A stretch of DNA of 64,000 nucleotides from an uncultured Solirubrobacteraceae bacterium. GTDB lineage: Bacteria; Actinomycetota; Thermoleophilia; Solirubrobacterales; Solirubrobacteraceae. The stretch spans positions 1,379 to 65,378 of the forward strand of contig CAWDBJ010000002.1 in assembly GCA_963800545.1 (NCBI GenBank), given 5' to 3'. Made by a program: the position numbers and the translations under genes. Under the pieces are notes generated by a model, which was given only the letters and a program-made list of their open reading frames with translations, did no database searches and had not been told where the DNA came from. Below, piece after piece: positions 47,723 to 58,205 of the stretch (positions are counted from its first letter, which is position 1; the number at the start of each line of letters is the position of its first letter).

Positions 47723-48313
47723 CTACTCCAGGCCGTCGCGCACCGCGCGCTCGGCGGCGTCGGCGGCCGCGTCGACGAGGGCGGCGACGTCCTCGCGGGG
47801 CTCGGCGAACCGGCCGAGGACGTAGGCGGCCACTCGATCGGGGTCCGTCGTCGCCGGGCGCCCGACGCCCACCCGGACGCGCCCGAAGTCCGTCGAGCCG
47901 AGCCCCTGGCGGAGCGACTTCAGCCCGTTGTGGCCGGCCAGCCCACCCCCCAGGCGAACCCGGATCTCACCGAAGGGAAGGTCGATCTCGTCGTGCAGGA
48001 CGAGCAGGCGGTCGAGGTCGCCCTCCAGCAGGGCGCCCCGGGCGGGGCCGACGGACTGGCCGGCCTCGTTCATGTAGGTCTGGGGGAGCAGCACGGCCAC
48101 CCGGGGTCCGGGGCGGTCGGTGGCAGGCAGCCGCCCCTCGGTCAACAGGCCCCGGAAGCGCTGCTTGGGCTTGGGCAGCTCCCAGCGGTCGATGAGGGTG
48201 TGGGCGATCTCGAACCCGATGTTGTGGCGGGTGCGGTCGTATTCCGGTCCGGGGTTGCCCAGACCGACGATCAGCCAGTCGGCGGGGGCGCCGCCGCGTC
48301 CCGGCGGAGCCAT
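47723..48313 (-). CDS. pth: peptidyl-tRNA hydrolase
   Basis: VGLGNPG..Y..TRHNIG, PQTYMN, HDEIDL, GHNGLKS. Confidence 0.96.
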   Translation of the reverse strand: MAPPGRGGAPADWLIVGLGNPGPEYDRTRHNIGFEIAHTLIDRWELPKPKQRFRGLLTEGRLPATDRPGPRVAVLLPQTYMNEAGQSVGPARGALLEGDLDRLLVLHDEIDLPFGEIRVRLGGGLAGHNGLKSLRQGLGSTDFGRVRVGVGRPATTDPDRVAAYVLGRFAEPREDVAALVDAAADAAERAVRDGLE

Positions 48314-48331
48314 GAAGCGACCCGCCGGGCG

Positions 48332-49030
48332 CTAGGCGCCGGAGTCGTCGCCGCCGCCGCTCGAGGCGTCGGCCGCGTCGCCCGAACCAGCGTCGTCGTC
48401 GGCAGCAGCCTCGCCCTCGCCGACGACCTCAGTCTCGGACTCGATCTCCTCGTCGGCCTCGACCTGGAGACGCGGCGGGCTGAGGGTGGCGATGACGGTC
48501 TCGGGATCGTCGATGAGGACGACGGACCCGGGAGTCTGGATGGCGTCCAGGGTGATGGTGTCGCCGATCTGCATGGTCGAGACGTCATGGGTGAGCCCGT
48601 CGGGGATGTCGTTGGGCAGCGCCTCGATCGTCAGCTCGTGCGTGATCTGGTCCAGGACGCCGCCGTCGACGGTCCCCGGGGCATCCTCGATCCCGGTCAG
48701 CTCGAGGCCGACGGTGGCCTGGATCTTGACGTCGAGGCGCACGCGCAGCAGGTCGATGTGCAGCGTCGCGCCGTTGACCGGATGGCGGACGAGGTCCTTG
48801 ACGACGACCGGGGTGGTGGTGCCGCCCTCGATGGTCAGGTCCATGACCGCGCCGGCGTCGGCCAGCGCGTGGCGCAGCGTGCGCTCGGGGACGAGGAAGC
48901 TCAGCGGGTCCTCGTCGCCGCCGTAGACGACGCCGAGGACATTGCCCTCACGGCGCAGACGGCGGGCCTGGCGCGAGCCCATCGGCTCCCGCGGGGCGAC
49001 CGTCAGGCTGGTTGTCGCTTTCACTGACAT
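48332..49030 (-). CDS. rplY: 50S ribosomal protein L25/Ctc
   Basis: GSRQARRLRREG....VVYG, HPV....LHIDL, acidic tail. Confidence 0.94.
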   Translation of the reverse strand: MSVKATTSLTVAPREPMGSRQARRLRREGNVLGVVYGGDEDPLSFLVPERTLRHALADAGAVMDLTIEGGTTTPVVVKDLVRHPVNGATLHIDLLRVRLDVKIQATVGLELTGIEDAPGTVDGGVLDQITHELTIEALPNDIPDGLTHDVSTMQIGDTITLDAIQTPGSVVLIDDPETVIATLSPPRLQVEADEEIESETEVVGEGEAAADDDAGSGDAADASSGGGDDSGA

Positions 49031-49105
49031 GGCGGCGTTCGATGGTAGCGGCCAGCGGGCGAAAACGCTGGCGCACCCCGGGGGAGCTGCGGTAAAGTTG
49101 TGTCC

Positions 49106-49435
49106 ATGTCGGAGGGAGCACAGCTGATGCTGTGGATCGCAGGGGTTCACCTGGTGGGTCTGGCGTGTGTGGCAGTTCTCATGATTCCCGCCCTCAAGGA
49201 CACCCCGGCGCCCAAGCCCCGTCGAGACGGCGAGAGCGACGACGGCTGGGGCCGCGGCCCCAAGGTGCCCCCCGCTCCGCCCTCTCCCCCGCGCGGCGGC
49301 ATCCCCCTTCCCGACGCCGTTCCCGCCGGCGTTCGCCTGCGCGAGCACGGACGGCTGCGCGACCGCCGTCCCGCTCCCGCCCGGCGTCCGGCACGCGAGC
49401 CGGCCCGCCGGCCGGTGCGCACGCCGCACCGCTAG
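49106..49435 (+). CDS. hypothetical membrane-anchored Pro/Arg-rich protein
   Basis: N-terminal TM helix, then DDGWGRGP...GGIPLPDA. Confidence 0.6.
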   Translation: MSEGAQLMLWIAGVHLVGLACVAVLMIPALKDTPAPKPRRDGESDDGWGRGPKVPPAPPSPPRGGIPLPDAVPAGVRLREHGRLRDRRPAPARRPAREPARRPVRTPHR

Positions 49436-49447
49436 CCCGCCGGCGCC

Positions 49448-49906
49448 TCAGTAGCTCCGCGGGCAGTCGATGTCGGACTTGATCCGCGCGCTGATGTGCT
49501 GCAGCTCGATGGTGTAGCCCTCGAGGATCCCGCCGGCGCGGCGGACGCGAACGCACTGGACGCGCGGCAGCGATTTGCCCACCACCCAGGCGACCCGAGC
49601 GGTGCCGGTGGTGGCACCGAAGGAGAAGCCGGCCGAGTGGAGGATCTGGACGACGGTCACGGCGCCGGGGTGCCCGAGGGCCCGGGCGTTGGCCTGGGCA
49701 CGGAGCTGGCAGGCCGTGTCCCGGCGGCAGCCGTCGATGAGGGCCACGATCCGGCCGGCGTCGCCGTGGGCCTCGGCGGTGACGAGCCGGGTGATGGCGG
49801 CGTTCTCGGCCCCGTCGAGGCTCAGCGCCCGGGCGAGCAGCCCCGAGATGACCAGGAAGACGACGACCCCGGCGGCGATCAGGGTCACGAGCTTGCGGCG
49901 CCGCAT
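49448..49906 (-). CDS. hypothetical secreted/membrane protein
   Basis: MRRRKLVTLIAAGVVVFLVISGLLAR signal/TM segment, Cys residues in a possible disulfide. Confidence 0.65.
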   Translation of the reverse strand: MRRRKLVTLIAAGVVVFLVISGLLARALSLDGAENAAITRLVTAEAHGDAGRIVALIDGCRRDTACQLRAQANARALGHPGAVTVVQILHSAGFSFGATTGTARVAWVVGKSLPRVQCVRVRRAGGILEGYTIELQHISARIKSDIDCPRSY

Positions 49907-49928
49907 CGGGCGCGGACGGTAGCGCGCT

Positions 49929-50636
49929 CTAGGTGTCGCTGATCTCGAGGAAGCGCAGCACGGAGGCCTCCTGGTGCTCGAGCTTCTCGGCGAGGCGGAG
50001 GGCGTGCTCGGCGGCGAGCGCCAGGAAGTCCTCGACGCACCGCTCGGGATCGTCGGCCAGCGGATAGACGCGGGCGAACTCCTGCTGGGCGCAGGCGATG
50101 CCCATCGGCGGGCGCCCGTCGGCCAGCGTCCGGGCGCTGCACACGGGGGTGACGACGAGCTGGGACTCCGTGGCCACCAGGGCGGTCGGCAGCAGCCGGT
50201 GGGCGGGGAGCTTGACGGACAGCTGCACGGAGTGGTTGATGGCCACGTCGCTGTGGGCGAGCTCGGACAGCGGCTCGCGCCACACGTCGAGCACCGTGTC
50301 GGCGCCGACGAGGGTGTCGCGCAGCAGCGTGGCCTGCTCGACGTAGAGCTGCTCGGCCGCCTCGCGGTCCTCGGCGTCGGCGAGGTCGAGGTCGCAGGGG
50401 ACGCGCAGCAGCTCACTGGCGGAGACGGTCGCCCCCGCCCCCCGGCTGCCGGCGGTCACGTAGGTCTGCAGCGTGCCGAGATCGCGCCGGCCGTGGAAGA
50501 TGACGGTGACGGCTTCGGACAGGGGCAGGCCGTCGACCCGCAGCGAGACGGCAACCGCCGACGATTCATCGAGCAGGGCGCGGCGCAGCAGGTCCTCCGC
50601 GGCGGCGCCATCCTGGGTGTGATCCTCGTCGAGCAT
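49929..50636 (-). CDS. hypothetical protein
   Basis: Intact 235-aa ORF, SD AAAGGAG, globular composition. Confidence 0.75.
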   Translation of the reverse strand: MLDEDHTQDGAAAEDLLRRALLDESSAVAVSLRVDGLPLSEAVTVIFHGRRDLGTLQTYVTAGSRGAGATVSASELLRVPCDLDLADAEDREAAEQLYVEQATLLRDTLVGADTVLDVWREPLSELAHSDVAINHSVQLSVKLPAHRLLPTALVATESQLVVTPVCSARTLADGRPPMGIACAQQEFARVYPLADDPERCVEDFLALAAEHALRLAEKLEHQEASVLRFLEISDT

Positions 50637-50781
50637 GAGCGCTCCTTTTGCAACAGATCGGCAGCTACGCCTCGATATTTAGCCACGCCGGCCGGTCAGT
50701 CACAACCGCCAACTGGAGCATCGGGCGTGGCCGGCCCTGGACATCGGGCGCACCGGCGGTGTCGCGATAGGCTCCAGCGCC

Positions 50782-51060
50782 ATGAGGCTCCTCTACAAGC
50801 CGTTTGCGATCCTCACCGGGATTCTCGCCCGGTTGCTGGGCCGCCAGACCTTCCGCGCGCTGTGGTCGCGCGTCGACGAGGAGCCTCCGCCCCAGCCGCT
50901 CACCGGCCAGGGCGGCACCGCCAAGGTGGTGGCCGCCCGTGCCCTGCAGGCCGGCGTGATGGCCGGCGCCGCCGCGCTCGTCGAGCGAATGGCCGCGCGC
51001 GCCTTTCACCACACGATCGGGATCTGGCCGAAGAAGCCGCCGGATCCCGACGACGACTGA
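50782..51060 (+). CDS. DUF4235 family membrane protein
   Basis: MRLLYKPF..L.G....F..LW......PP...GIWP pattern. Confidence 0.75.
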   Translation: MRLLYKPFAILTGILARLLGRQTFRALWSRVDEEPPPQPLTGQGGTAKVVAARALQAGVMAGAAALVERMAARAFHHTIGIWPKKPPDPDDD

Positions 51061-51061
51061 C

Positions 51062-51484
51062 TCACGCCCGCTGGCGATACCAGGGCTCAAGGCCCGCGCG
51101 GGCCCACTCGGGGATCGGTGTCTTGGTGGCCGTCGCCCGGTCGACCCACACGTGCCGGGTCTCCGCCTCGAGCAGGGTCGCCCCGTCTCGGGTGCGGGTG
51201 AAGCGGTGATCGGTCGACATGCTCGTGGTGCCGAGATGGGTGACGAGCGCCGCCAGGGCGATCTCCTCGTCAAAGCGGGCCGATCCCCGGAAGCGCAGGC
51301 TGGCCTCGGCGACGACGATGTCCACGCCGCGGTCGAGCATCGTCTGATAGCCGCCGTAGGCGGCCCGCCACAGCTCCGTGACCGTGTGGTCGATGTAGGC
51401 GAGGTAGTGGGCGTTGAACAGCACCCCCTGGGAGTCGCACTCGGAGTAGCGGACGCGCAGGTGGTGCACGAACGGCTCAGCCAC
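51062..51484 (-). CDS. acyl-CoA thioesterase (4HBT/YbgC-like)
   Basis: LRVRYSECDSQGVLFNAHYLAYID. Confidence 0.9.
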   Translation of the reverse strand: MAEPFVHHLRVRYSECDSQGVLFNAHYLAYIDHTVTELWRAAYGGYQTMLDRGVDIVVAEASLRFRGSARFDEEIALAALVTHLGTTSMSTDHRFTRTRDGATLLEAETRHVWVDRATATKTPIPEWARAGLEPWYRQRA

Positions 51485-51836
51485 GGCCGCCACCACCACC
51501 GCCGCCCCGCAGGATGAAGCCCCGCTCGGCAAAGGCCTGCAGGGCGTCCTCGAAGGCCGCGAAGTCGCGGGCCAGCAGCGCGTCGAGGGGGGTGCCGTGC
51601 GGCCCGGCCGAGCGGACCCACCGGCTGAGCATCGCCGGGCCGGCCTGGGCCTGCACCTGGGCCTCGTCGATCAACGTCAGCAGGATGGCCAGCTCCGGGC
51701 GGTGATCGAGCTGGCCGGAGAGGAGGGTCAGCGGGTCGACGCCCAGCGCCGTGCAGAGCTCGTCCTCGGTGAGGCCCAGCAGCTCCATCAGGCGGGCCGC
51801 GCCGGCGCTGGCGGCGATGTGTCGGTCGGCGTCGAT
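51477..51836 (-). CDS. hypothetical protein, weak resemblance to Xre/MbcA-type antitoxins
   Basis: LGLTEDELCTALGVD (HTH-like) and RWVRSAGPHGTPLDALL; start uncertain. Confidence 0.55.
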   Translation of the reverse strand: MDADRHIAASAGAARLMELLGLTEDELCTALGVDPLTLLSGQLDHRPELAILLTLIDEAQVQAQAGPAMLSRWVRSAGPHGTPLDALLARDFAAFEDALQAFAERGFILRGGGGGGGRG

Positions 51837-51925
51837 GGTCCCGATTGTCGCGAGCCGCGGCCCGAGGCGTCGCGGCCCAGGCCGTATGCTCCGGCGATCA
51901 TGCTCCTGAGAAAGGCGGAGGCGCG

Positions 51926-52120
51926 ATGAGCGGCCTGGAAGACGAGATCAAAGAGCTGCTCTCGGGCCACCGGCTCAGTCAGGACCAGCTCCAGGCGCTG
52001 CAGCAGGGCGAGTCCGACGCGGACACCGTCCGCAGCCTGCAGAGGATGCTCGCCAACACCCAGAACGCGCTCCTGCGTCTCGCCCGGGAGATCGACGAGC
52101 TGCGCTCCCCTGGGGCCTGA
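51926..52120 (+). CDS. small coiled-coil hypothetical protein
   Basis: SD GGAGG; MSGLEDEIKELL...ALLRLAREIDELR. Confidence 0.6.
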   Translation: MSGLEDEIKELLSGHRLSQDQLQALQQGESDADTVRSLQRMLANTQNALLRLAREIDELRSPGA

Positions 52121-52137
52121 CCGCCGACCCGGGGCGG

Positions 52138-53978
52138 TCAGGGAAGTCGCGAGATCTGTTCGCTGGCCTGGTCCCCGATCAGCGTCTCGAGCGTGGGTGC
52201 CGTCATCGGCTGCGCGAAGTAGAAGCCTTGGCAGGAGTCAGCGCCGAGGTGGACGAGGTGACCGTATTGCTCGTCGGTTTCGACGCCTTCGCATACGACT
52301 GACAGTTCCAGGCTGTGAGCGAGTTGGATGATCGCCCTGATCATGGCTTGGCTTGCCGGGGTGCCGGTGAGCTGGGTGATGAACGATCGGTCGAGCTTGA
52401 TCTTGTCGATCGGGAGCTGGTCGAGGTAGCTCAGCGAGGAGTACCCGGTCCCGAAGTCGTCGAGAGCCAGCCCCACGCCGAGGTCCTTGAGCTCGCCGAG
52501 CACGACCCGGGCGCGCTGCTCATCGCCGAAGAAGACTCTCTCGGTGATCTCCAGCGTCAACAGTCCTGGTCGGGTGCTCGAGCCGGCGAGGACCGTCTCG
52601 ACCGTGTCGGCGAACCCGACGCTCAGGAGTTGGTGGGCCGACACGTTCACGGAGAGCGCGATGTCCGCCGCCCGGTGGCATTGACAGCGGTCTCGGTCAT
52701 CGCAGGCTTGCTCGAGCACCCAGCGGCCGAGGTCGATGATCTGTCCGGATTGCTCGGCGAACGGTATGAACACGTTTGGCGACACCGGCCCGCGGCTCGG
52801 GTGTGTCCAGCGCATGAGGGCCTCAACTCCGGTGAGAGATCCGCTGAGCGTGTCGATGATCGGCTGGTAGACGACGTGCAGCTCGCCACGGCCTCTGACA
52901 CCGGGCATGGCGTAGGCGAGGCCGGCGTGCTGTTCGGCGAGATGCAGCTCGCGGAGATCCAGGACGGCATCGGGACTGGTGCGGTCGCGCTTTTTCTCAT
53001 ACATCGCAACGTCCGCGGCGTGGAGCAGATCCTCCGCTGCGTCGATGCCACGGCCGGCGAAGGCAACCCCGATGCTGGCCGAGATCGTGAGCTCCACGCC
53101 GGAGAGGCGAAACGGCTCGGTCAGGGCGCCATCAAAGCGCCGCGCGATGAGGTCGGCCTCGCCGGGCTCGTGGAGGTCCTCGCAGAGGACGACAAACTCG
53201 TCACCGGACAGCCGGGACAGGCTGTCCCCCGGGCGAAGCATCGCGGTCATCCGTTCGGCCGCCGCCACCAGCAACTCATCGCCCACTCGATGCCCGTGGG
53301 CGTCGTTGATGTCCTTGAACTTGTCGAAATCGACGAAGAACACCGCGGATGGGTGGCCTGACCGGCGGGAGCGGCGAAAGGCATGATCCAGGAGCTGCAA
53401 CATCAGCACCCGGTTCGGCAACCCGGTCAGCGGATCATGCAGCGAAGCTTCGCGCGATTGCTCAGATGAGTCCTGCAGGTCAGACCGCGCCTGAGCATTG
53501 ATCAGATATGCCGCGGCGACGTCGGCGAGCGTCTGAGCTCCGATCATCGACCTCGCGGTCAGCCCGTCCGGGGTGTCGCGGTACAGGTCAAGCGCTCCGA
53601 GCCGCACGTCATCGTGACGCAACGGGAACGTAAACGCCGCCGCCAGCCCCGCGTCCAGGGCCCGCGGTGTGAACGTGGGGAAGCGGCCGTCACGGCGAAG
53701 ATCCGGGATCGAGATCGCCGTGCCGGAGTGATACGCGGCCAGGCACGGTCCCTCGGCGACCTCGTCTGCAGCATCTCAAACCGCAACGCCGACGCGTCGG
53801 ACGCGGCGACGTAGCGAGGCACCAGGCCCGGAGCGATCAGAGTCACGCCCGCGGCGCTGATCGGCATCACATCAACGATCCGCTTGACCAGGTGATCCAG
53901 AATCCCCTGAATCGGGAAGTCGGTCACCATCGTGCGAGCGAACTCGCTCAGCACATCTGCGAGTTCCTCGCTGTTCAT
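52138..53978 (-). CDS. GAF-GGDEF-EAL diguanylate cyclase/phosphodiesterase
   Basis: GAF N-terminus (frameshifted), HDPLTGLPNR, SGDEF, YQPI, EALMRW, DDFGTGYSSL, EGVET. Confidence 0.92.
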
Positions 53979-54192
53979 CGCCGGTCCTCTGGTCGATGCA
54001 TCGCCCGCAGCTGCTGCGCGGTATTCACGGGACGAGACCACCTCTCACGTGTGACAACACCGGAAAGGGCGATCAGCAGGCACGGCAGCCGCGGTGCGGC
54101 TCCTCTAGCCATCCCATGACCCAGCAGCAGCGACACTGACCCCAAGTAGCAGTCAGATAACTACTCAAGGAAACTATACCGCTAGACGCGGC

Positions 54193-55261
54193 TCAGAACA
54201 GCTGGTTCTCGCCGCCGAAGACGTCGGACACGGATCCGTCGGTGAAGATCTGGCGGATCGAGTTGGTCAGCAGGTCGGCGCAGGAGAGGACCCGGACGTT
54301 GTCGGGCGCGCCGGGCGGAAGCGGGATGGTGTCGGTGACGACGACCTGCTCGAAGTCGGCCGCCGCCAGGTTCTCCCAGGCGCGGCCGGAGAAGTTGCCG
54401 TGGGTGGCGGCCGCGTAGACGCGGCGGGCGCCGGCGTCGCGAACGGCCTGGGCGGCGGCGGCGAGCGTGCCCGCCGTGCCGATCATGTCGTCGACGAGCA
54501 GCGCGGTCTTGTCGCGCACGTCGCCGATCACGTAGGTGATCTCGGCCACCTGCTGGGCGGGGCGCTCCTTGTTGAGGATCGCCAGGTCGGCGCCGATCTT
54601 GGCGGCGAAGTTCTTGTTCAGCTTGACCCGGCCGACGTCCGGCGAGACGACCACCAGGTCCTCGAGCTGGAGGTCTGCGAAGTACTGGGTGAGCATGAAC
54701 AGCGCCGTCATGTGGTCGCACGGCTTCTGGAAGAAGCCCTGGATCTGGCCGGAATGCAGGTCCATGGTGAGCAGCCGGTCGATGCCCGCGGACTCGAGCA
54801 TGCGGGCCACCAGGCGGGCGCTGATCGGCTCGCGCGGGAGCGGACTTCTTGTCCTGGCGCGAGTAGCCGTACCAGGGGGTGACGGCGATGACCCGGTGCG
54901 CCGAGCCGCCGACGGCGGCGTCGACCATCTCGAGCAGCTCCATCAGCGCGTCGTTGGGCGTCAGCCCCGCCGCGGCGTTGGCGCAGGTCGGCTGGACGAT
55001 GAACACGTCGGCCCCGCGGACGGACTCCTCGTAGCGGCAGTACACCTCGCCGTTGGCGAACGTCTTGAGGTTGGCGTCGGAGAGCTCGACCCCGAGCTTG
55101 TCGGCGATCCGCCCCGCCAGCGCCGGATTGGCCCGGCCGGTGACGAGCATCAGACGCTTGTCGTAGTCGCGACGGAGGGCCGTGTTCGCGCTCTGGGTCT
55201 GGACGACGCCCATCTCGCCGACCAGTGTAGGGGCGAGGGGTGACGACTCGGTGAAGGTCAT
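54193..55261 (-). CDS. prs: ribose-phosphate pyrophosphokinase
   Basis: [45 protein letters not shown]. Confidence 0.96.
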
Positions 55262-56687
55262 GGCCGCTCTTTGCGGGGTTGCGGTTCGGCCTGCGCCCGG
55301 TCGGCCTCGGCCCGCTCGCGGCGGCGCTCGGCGTAGCCCTCGAGGTTGCTCTGCCGGGCCCGGGCGACGCCCAGCGCACCCTCGGGCACGTCGTGGGTGA
55401 TGACGGATCCGGCGCCCGTGTAGGCGTCGTCGCCGATGGTCACCGGGGCGACGATGGTCGTGTCGACGCTCGTCTTGACCCGCGCGCCGATCGTCGTGCG
55501 GTGCTTGCGATAGCCGTCGTAGTTGGCGGTGATCGTCGCCGCCCCCAGGTTCGTCTGCTCCCCGATGTCGGCATCGCCGATGTAGCTGAGGTGGGGCACC
55601 TTCGTCCCCGGGCCGACGTCGGAGTTCTTGATCTCGACGAACGTCCCCGCCTTGGAGCCCTCGCGCAGGATGGTCCCGGGCCGCAGGTAGGCGAACGGGC
55701 CCGACGCTCACCCGATCGCCGACGATCGCCCCGTCGATGTAGGCGTGGAGGATCTTGCGACCCCTCCCCCACGGTTGCGTCGATCAGCGTCGACCGCCGG
55801 GCCGACCGTCGAGCCGGCGCCGATCCGCGTCTGCCCGTGGAGGCTGGTGAAGGGGGCGATGACGGCATCGGGGGCGATCTCGACGTCGACGTCGATGACG
55901 GTGGCGGCCGGGTTGACGATCGTGACCCCGGCGAGCATGTGGCGGGCGTGGATCTGGCGCTGGGCGACGGCGGTCACCTCGGCGAGCTGGCATCCGGTCG
56001 TTGATACCGAGCATCTCGTCGGGATCGGCCAGCTCGTAGGCGTCGATCGTCCGCTCGTGGGCGCGCAGGATCGGCAGCACGTCGGGCAGGTAGTGCTCGC
56101 CCTGGGCGTTGTCGGCCCGCACCTCGGCGAGCGCGGCCACCAGCGCCGGCGCGTCGAAGGCGAACATCCCCGTGTTGACCTCGCGGATCTGCAGCTCGAG
56201 CGCTGAGGCGTCGCCCGGGGCCTTGGTCTCCGCGACCCGCTCGACCGTTCCGTCCGGCGCCCGCACGACCCGGCCGTAGCCGCGCGGGTCCTCGAGCACC
56301 ACCGTGGCGATCGTCCCCGCCGGTCCCGAGTGCGCGTGCTGGGCGACGAGCCCCCGCAGCGACTCGACGCTGACCAGCGGCGCGTCGCCCCTGAGCACCA
56401 CCACCGTCTCGGCGTCGCCGAGGCGGGCGGTGGCCGGCCGCACCGCGTCGGCGGTCCCCAGCGGCCGCTCCTGGACGACGAGCTCGACCTCGTCGCCGAC
56501 GATCGGACTCCAGCCGCCGCTCGGGCGAGTCGACGACGATGATCCGCCCGGCACCGGCCGCCTGGGCGGCGGCGATCGTCCAGGCGATGATCGGCCGCCC
56601 GCACAGCGGATGCAGCAGCTTCGGCAGCGCCGAACGCATGCGGGTGCCCTGGCCCGCGGCAAGGATGACGACGACCGGCGCAGCCAC
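55258..56687 (-). CDS. glmU: bifunctional UDP-GlcNAc pyrophosphorylase/acetyltransferase
   Basis: [43 protein letters not shown]; own -10 TAGGAT just upstream. Confidence 0.96.
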
Positions 56688-56764
56688 GGCGGCTGATCCT
56701 ACCCCGGCGGACGTGCGGAGCCAGCCGGGGCACGACAGCCGCGGCAGCTGTGGGGCCAACGGGC

Positions 56765-57523
56765 TCACGCTGCGTCCTGCCGCTCCGCGGGCGCGCCTCA
56801 TACCAGCGAATCCACTTGCGCACGGCGTTGTCGGAGACGCCGTAGCTGCCGGCCGACGGCGCTGAAGCCCATCCGCTGGGTCTCCGCGAGCAGCGACGTC
56901 GTAGGGCGGCGCGCTCCACCTTGCGCCGCTCGGGAAATGGCCGTCGCGGTCCCTGGCGAATGGACACCGCAGCGCTGCGAGCAGTACCGCTGCTGGGGGT
57001 ACTTTGGAACGAACGACCCGCCGCAGTGCAGGCAGGCTCGCGTGGCGCGCGGTCGATCCGGCTCCGGCGACCGCAGTGAGTGTCGAGGGTCGCCGCGCAG
57101 TTCGGGCACACGATGCGGAGGTTCTCGAGCCGGTTGTCGTCGCCGACACCGTTGATGTGGTCGAGGATCAGCGCCATCGTGGCGCCCTGCCAGGTCTCAC
57201 CCTGGCCGCACAGCTCACAGGTCCGTTGCTTGAGGCCGGTCTCGTACAGGCGCCGCTTCAACTTGCCCGCGCGTGATACGGACGAGCGCTCGACGAGCAC
57301 CTCCTCGAGCGGGATCGCCCGGGCCGGTGGTCGGCCGCGCCGGGTCCAGTTCGGATCGAAGTGCGCCGTCGAGATTCCGTAGTGCTCGATGAGCCTGCCG
57401 AGCGTCGCGAAGTTGCTCCCCACCGGCCGCAGACCCAGCAGACGCAGCGCCGCGGACTTACTCATCGAGCTTTCAACCGCCTCACGCACCTCCTGCTCGC
57501 GTGTAGCGCGGGACCCACGTCAT
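56765..57523 (-). CDS. HNH endonuclease with Cys-rich zinc finger and terminal HTH-like segments (frameshifted)
   Basis: CELCG...[25 protein letters not shown]; CLHCG..F.P....QRYCSQRC; [15 protein letters not shown]. Confidence 0.88.
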
Positions 57524-57526
57524 ACG

Positions 57527-57540
57527 CGAACATTAGGTCG
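57527..57540. promoter_or_regulatory. LexA (SOS) box-like site
   Basis: CGAAC-ATTA-GGTCG versus the Gram-positive consensus CGAAC-N4-GTTCG (one mismatch); 3 bp from the HNH ATG. Confidence 0.6.
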
Positions 57541-57582
57541 TGCCCAGGACGGAAAAGTCGTCCTCTGCAGGCAGTCTGTGAG

Positions 57583-57653
57583 CTGGGGAGCCGGGATTTG
57601 AACCCGATCTTCGTGGGTCAAAGCCACGCGTGCTGCCGTTACACCACTCCCCA
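57583..57653 (-). tRNA. tRNA-Gln, anticodon TTG
   Basis: Reverse complement tggggagtggtgtaacggcagcacg-cgtgg-ctttgac-ccacg-aagatcgggttcaaatcccggctccccag. Confidence 0.95.
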
Positions 57654-57675
57654 GAGACGATCGGTCCCTCAGAGG

Positions 57676-58205
57676 CTAACTCAGCAGGGCCCGCAGGCTC
57701 GTCGTCGAGCAGCGGATCGGCCAGCAGGGCGCTGACGTCGGCGGGCTGGCGCAGGCCGCGCTCGGTGCGCAGCAGGCCGATGGCGAAGCCGGAGGCCTGG
57801 GCGGCCTGGGCGGCGAGACCGATCGGGTCCGGGGTCTGCCAGGCGTCGTCGCCGAGCGCGAGCAGCGCCGGCACCGGGCGGGCGAAGGCGACGAGGTAGA
57901 AGCCGCCGTCGAACATCGGTCCCAGGGACAGCTCACAGCCGTCGGCGAGGTCGTCGAGCGCCGCGTCGGCGTGCTCGGGCCGCCAGCGGACGAGCTCGGG
58001 CCAGACGAGCGAGCACCGGACCGTCGCCGGCGGCAAAGCAGCGCGGCGACGCGCGGCCCGGCGCCGCTCCGACACGTCGCGGACCGCCCCGCGCGCGACC
58101 GCCTCGGGCCCAGACGCGCGCCCGCGCGGCCAGCTCCGCCTCCACCGCCGGCGAGCGCGACCCGGCGGCCGCGGGCGCCGCCATCAGCAGGACCCGCGGG
58201 GTCAC
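57676..58205 (-). CDS. DUF2064/CofC-like glycosyltransferase-A-fold protein (degenerate, frameshifted)
   Basis: LSLGPMFDGGFYLVAF resembles the family motif LGPxxDGGYYL. Confidence 0.5.
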
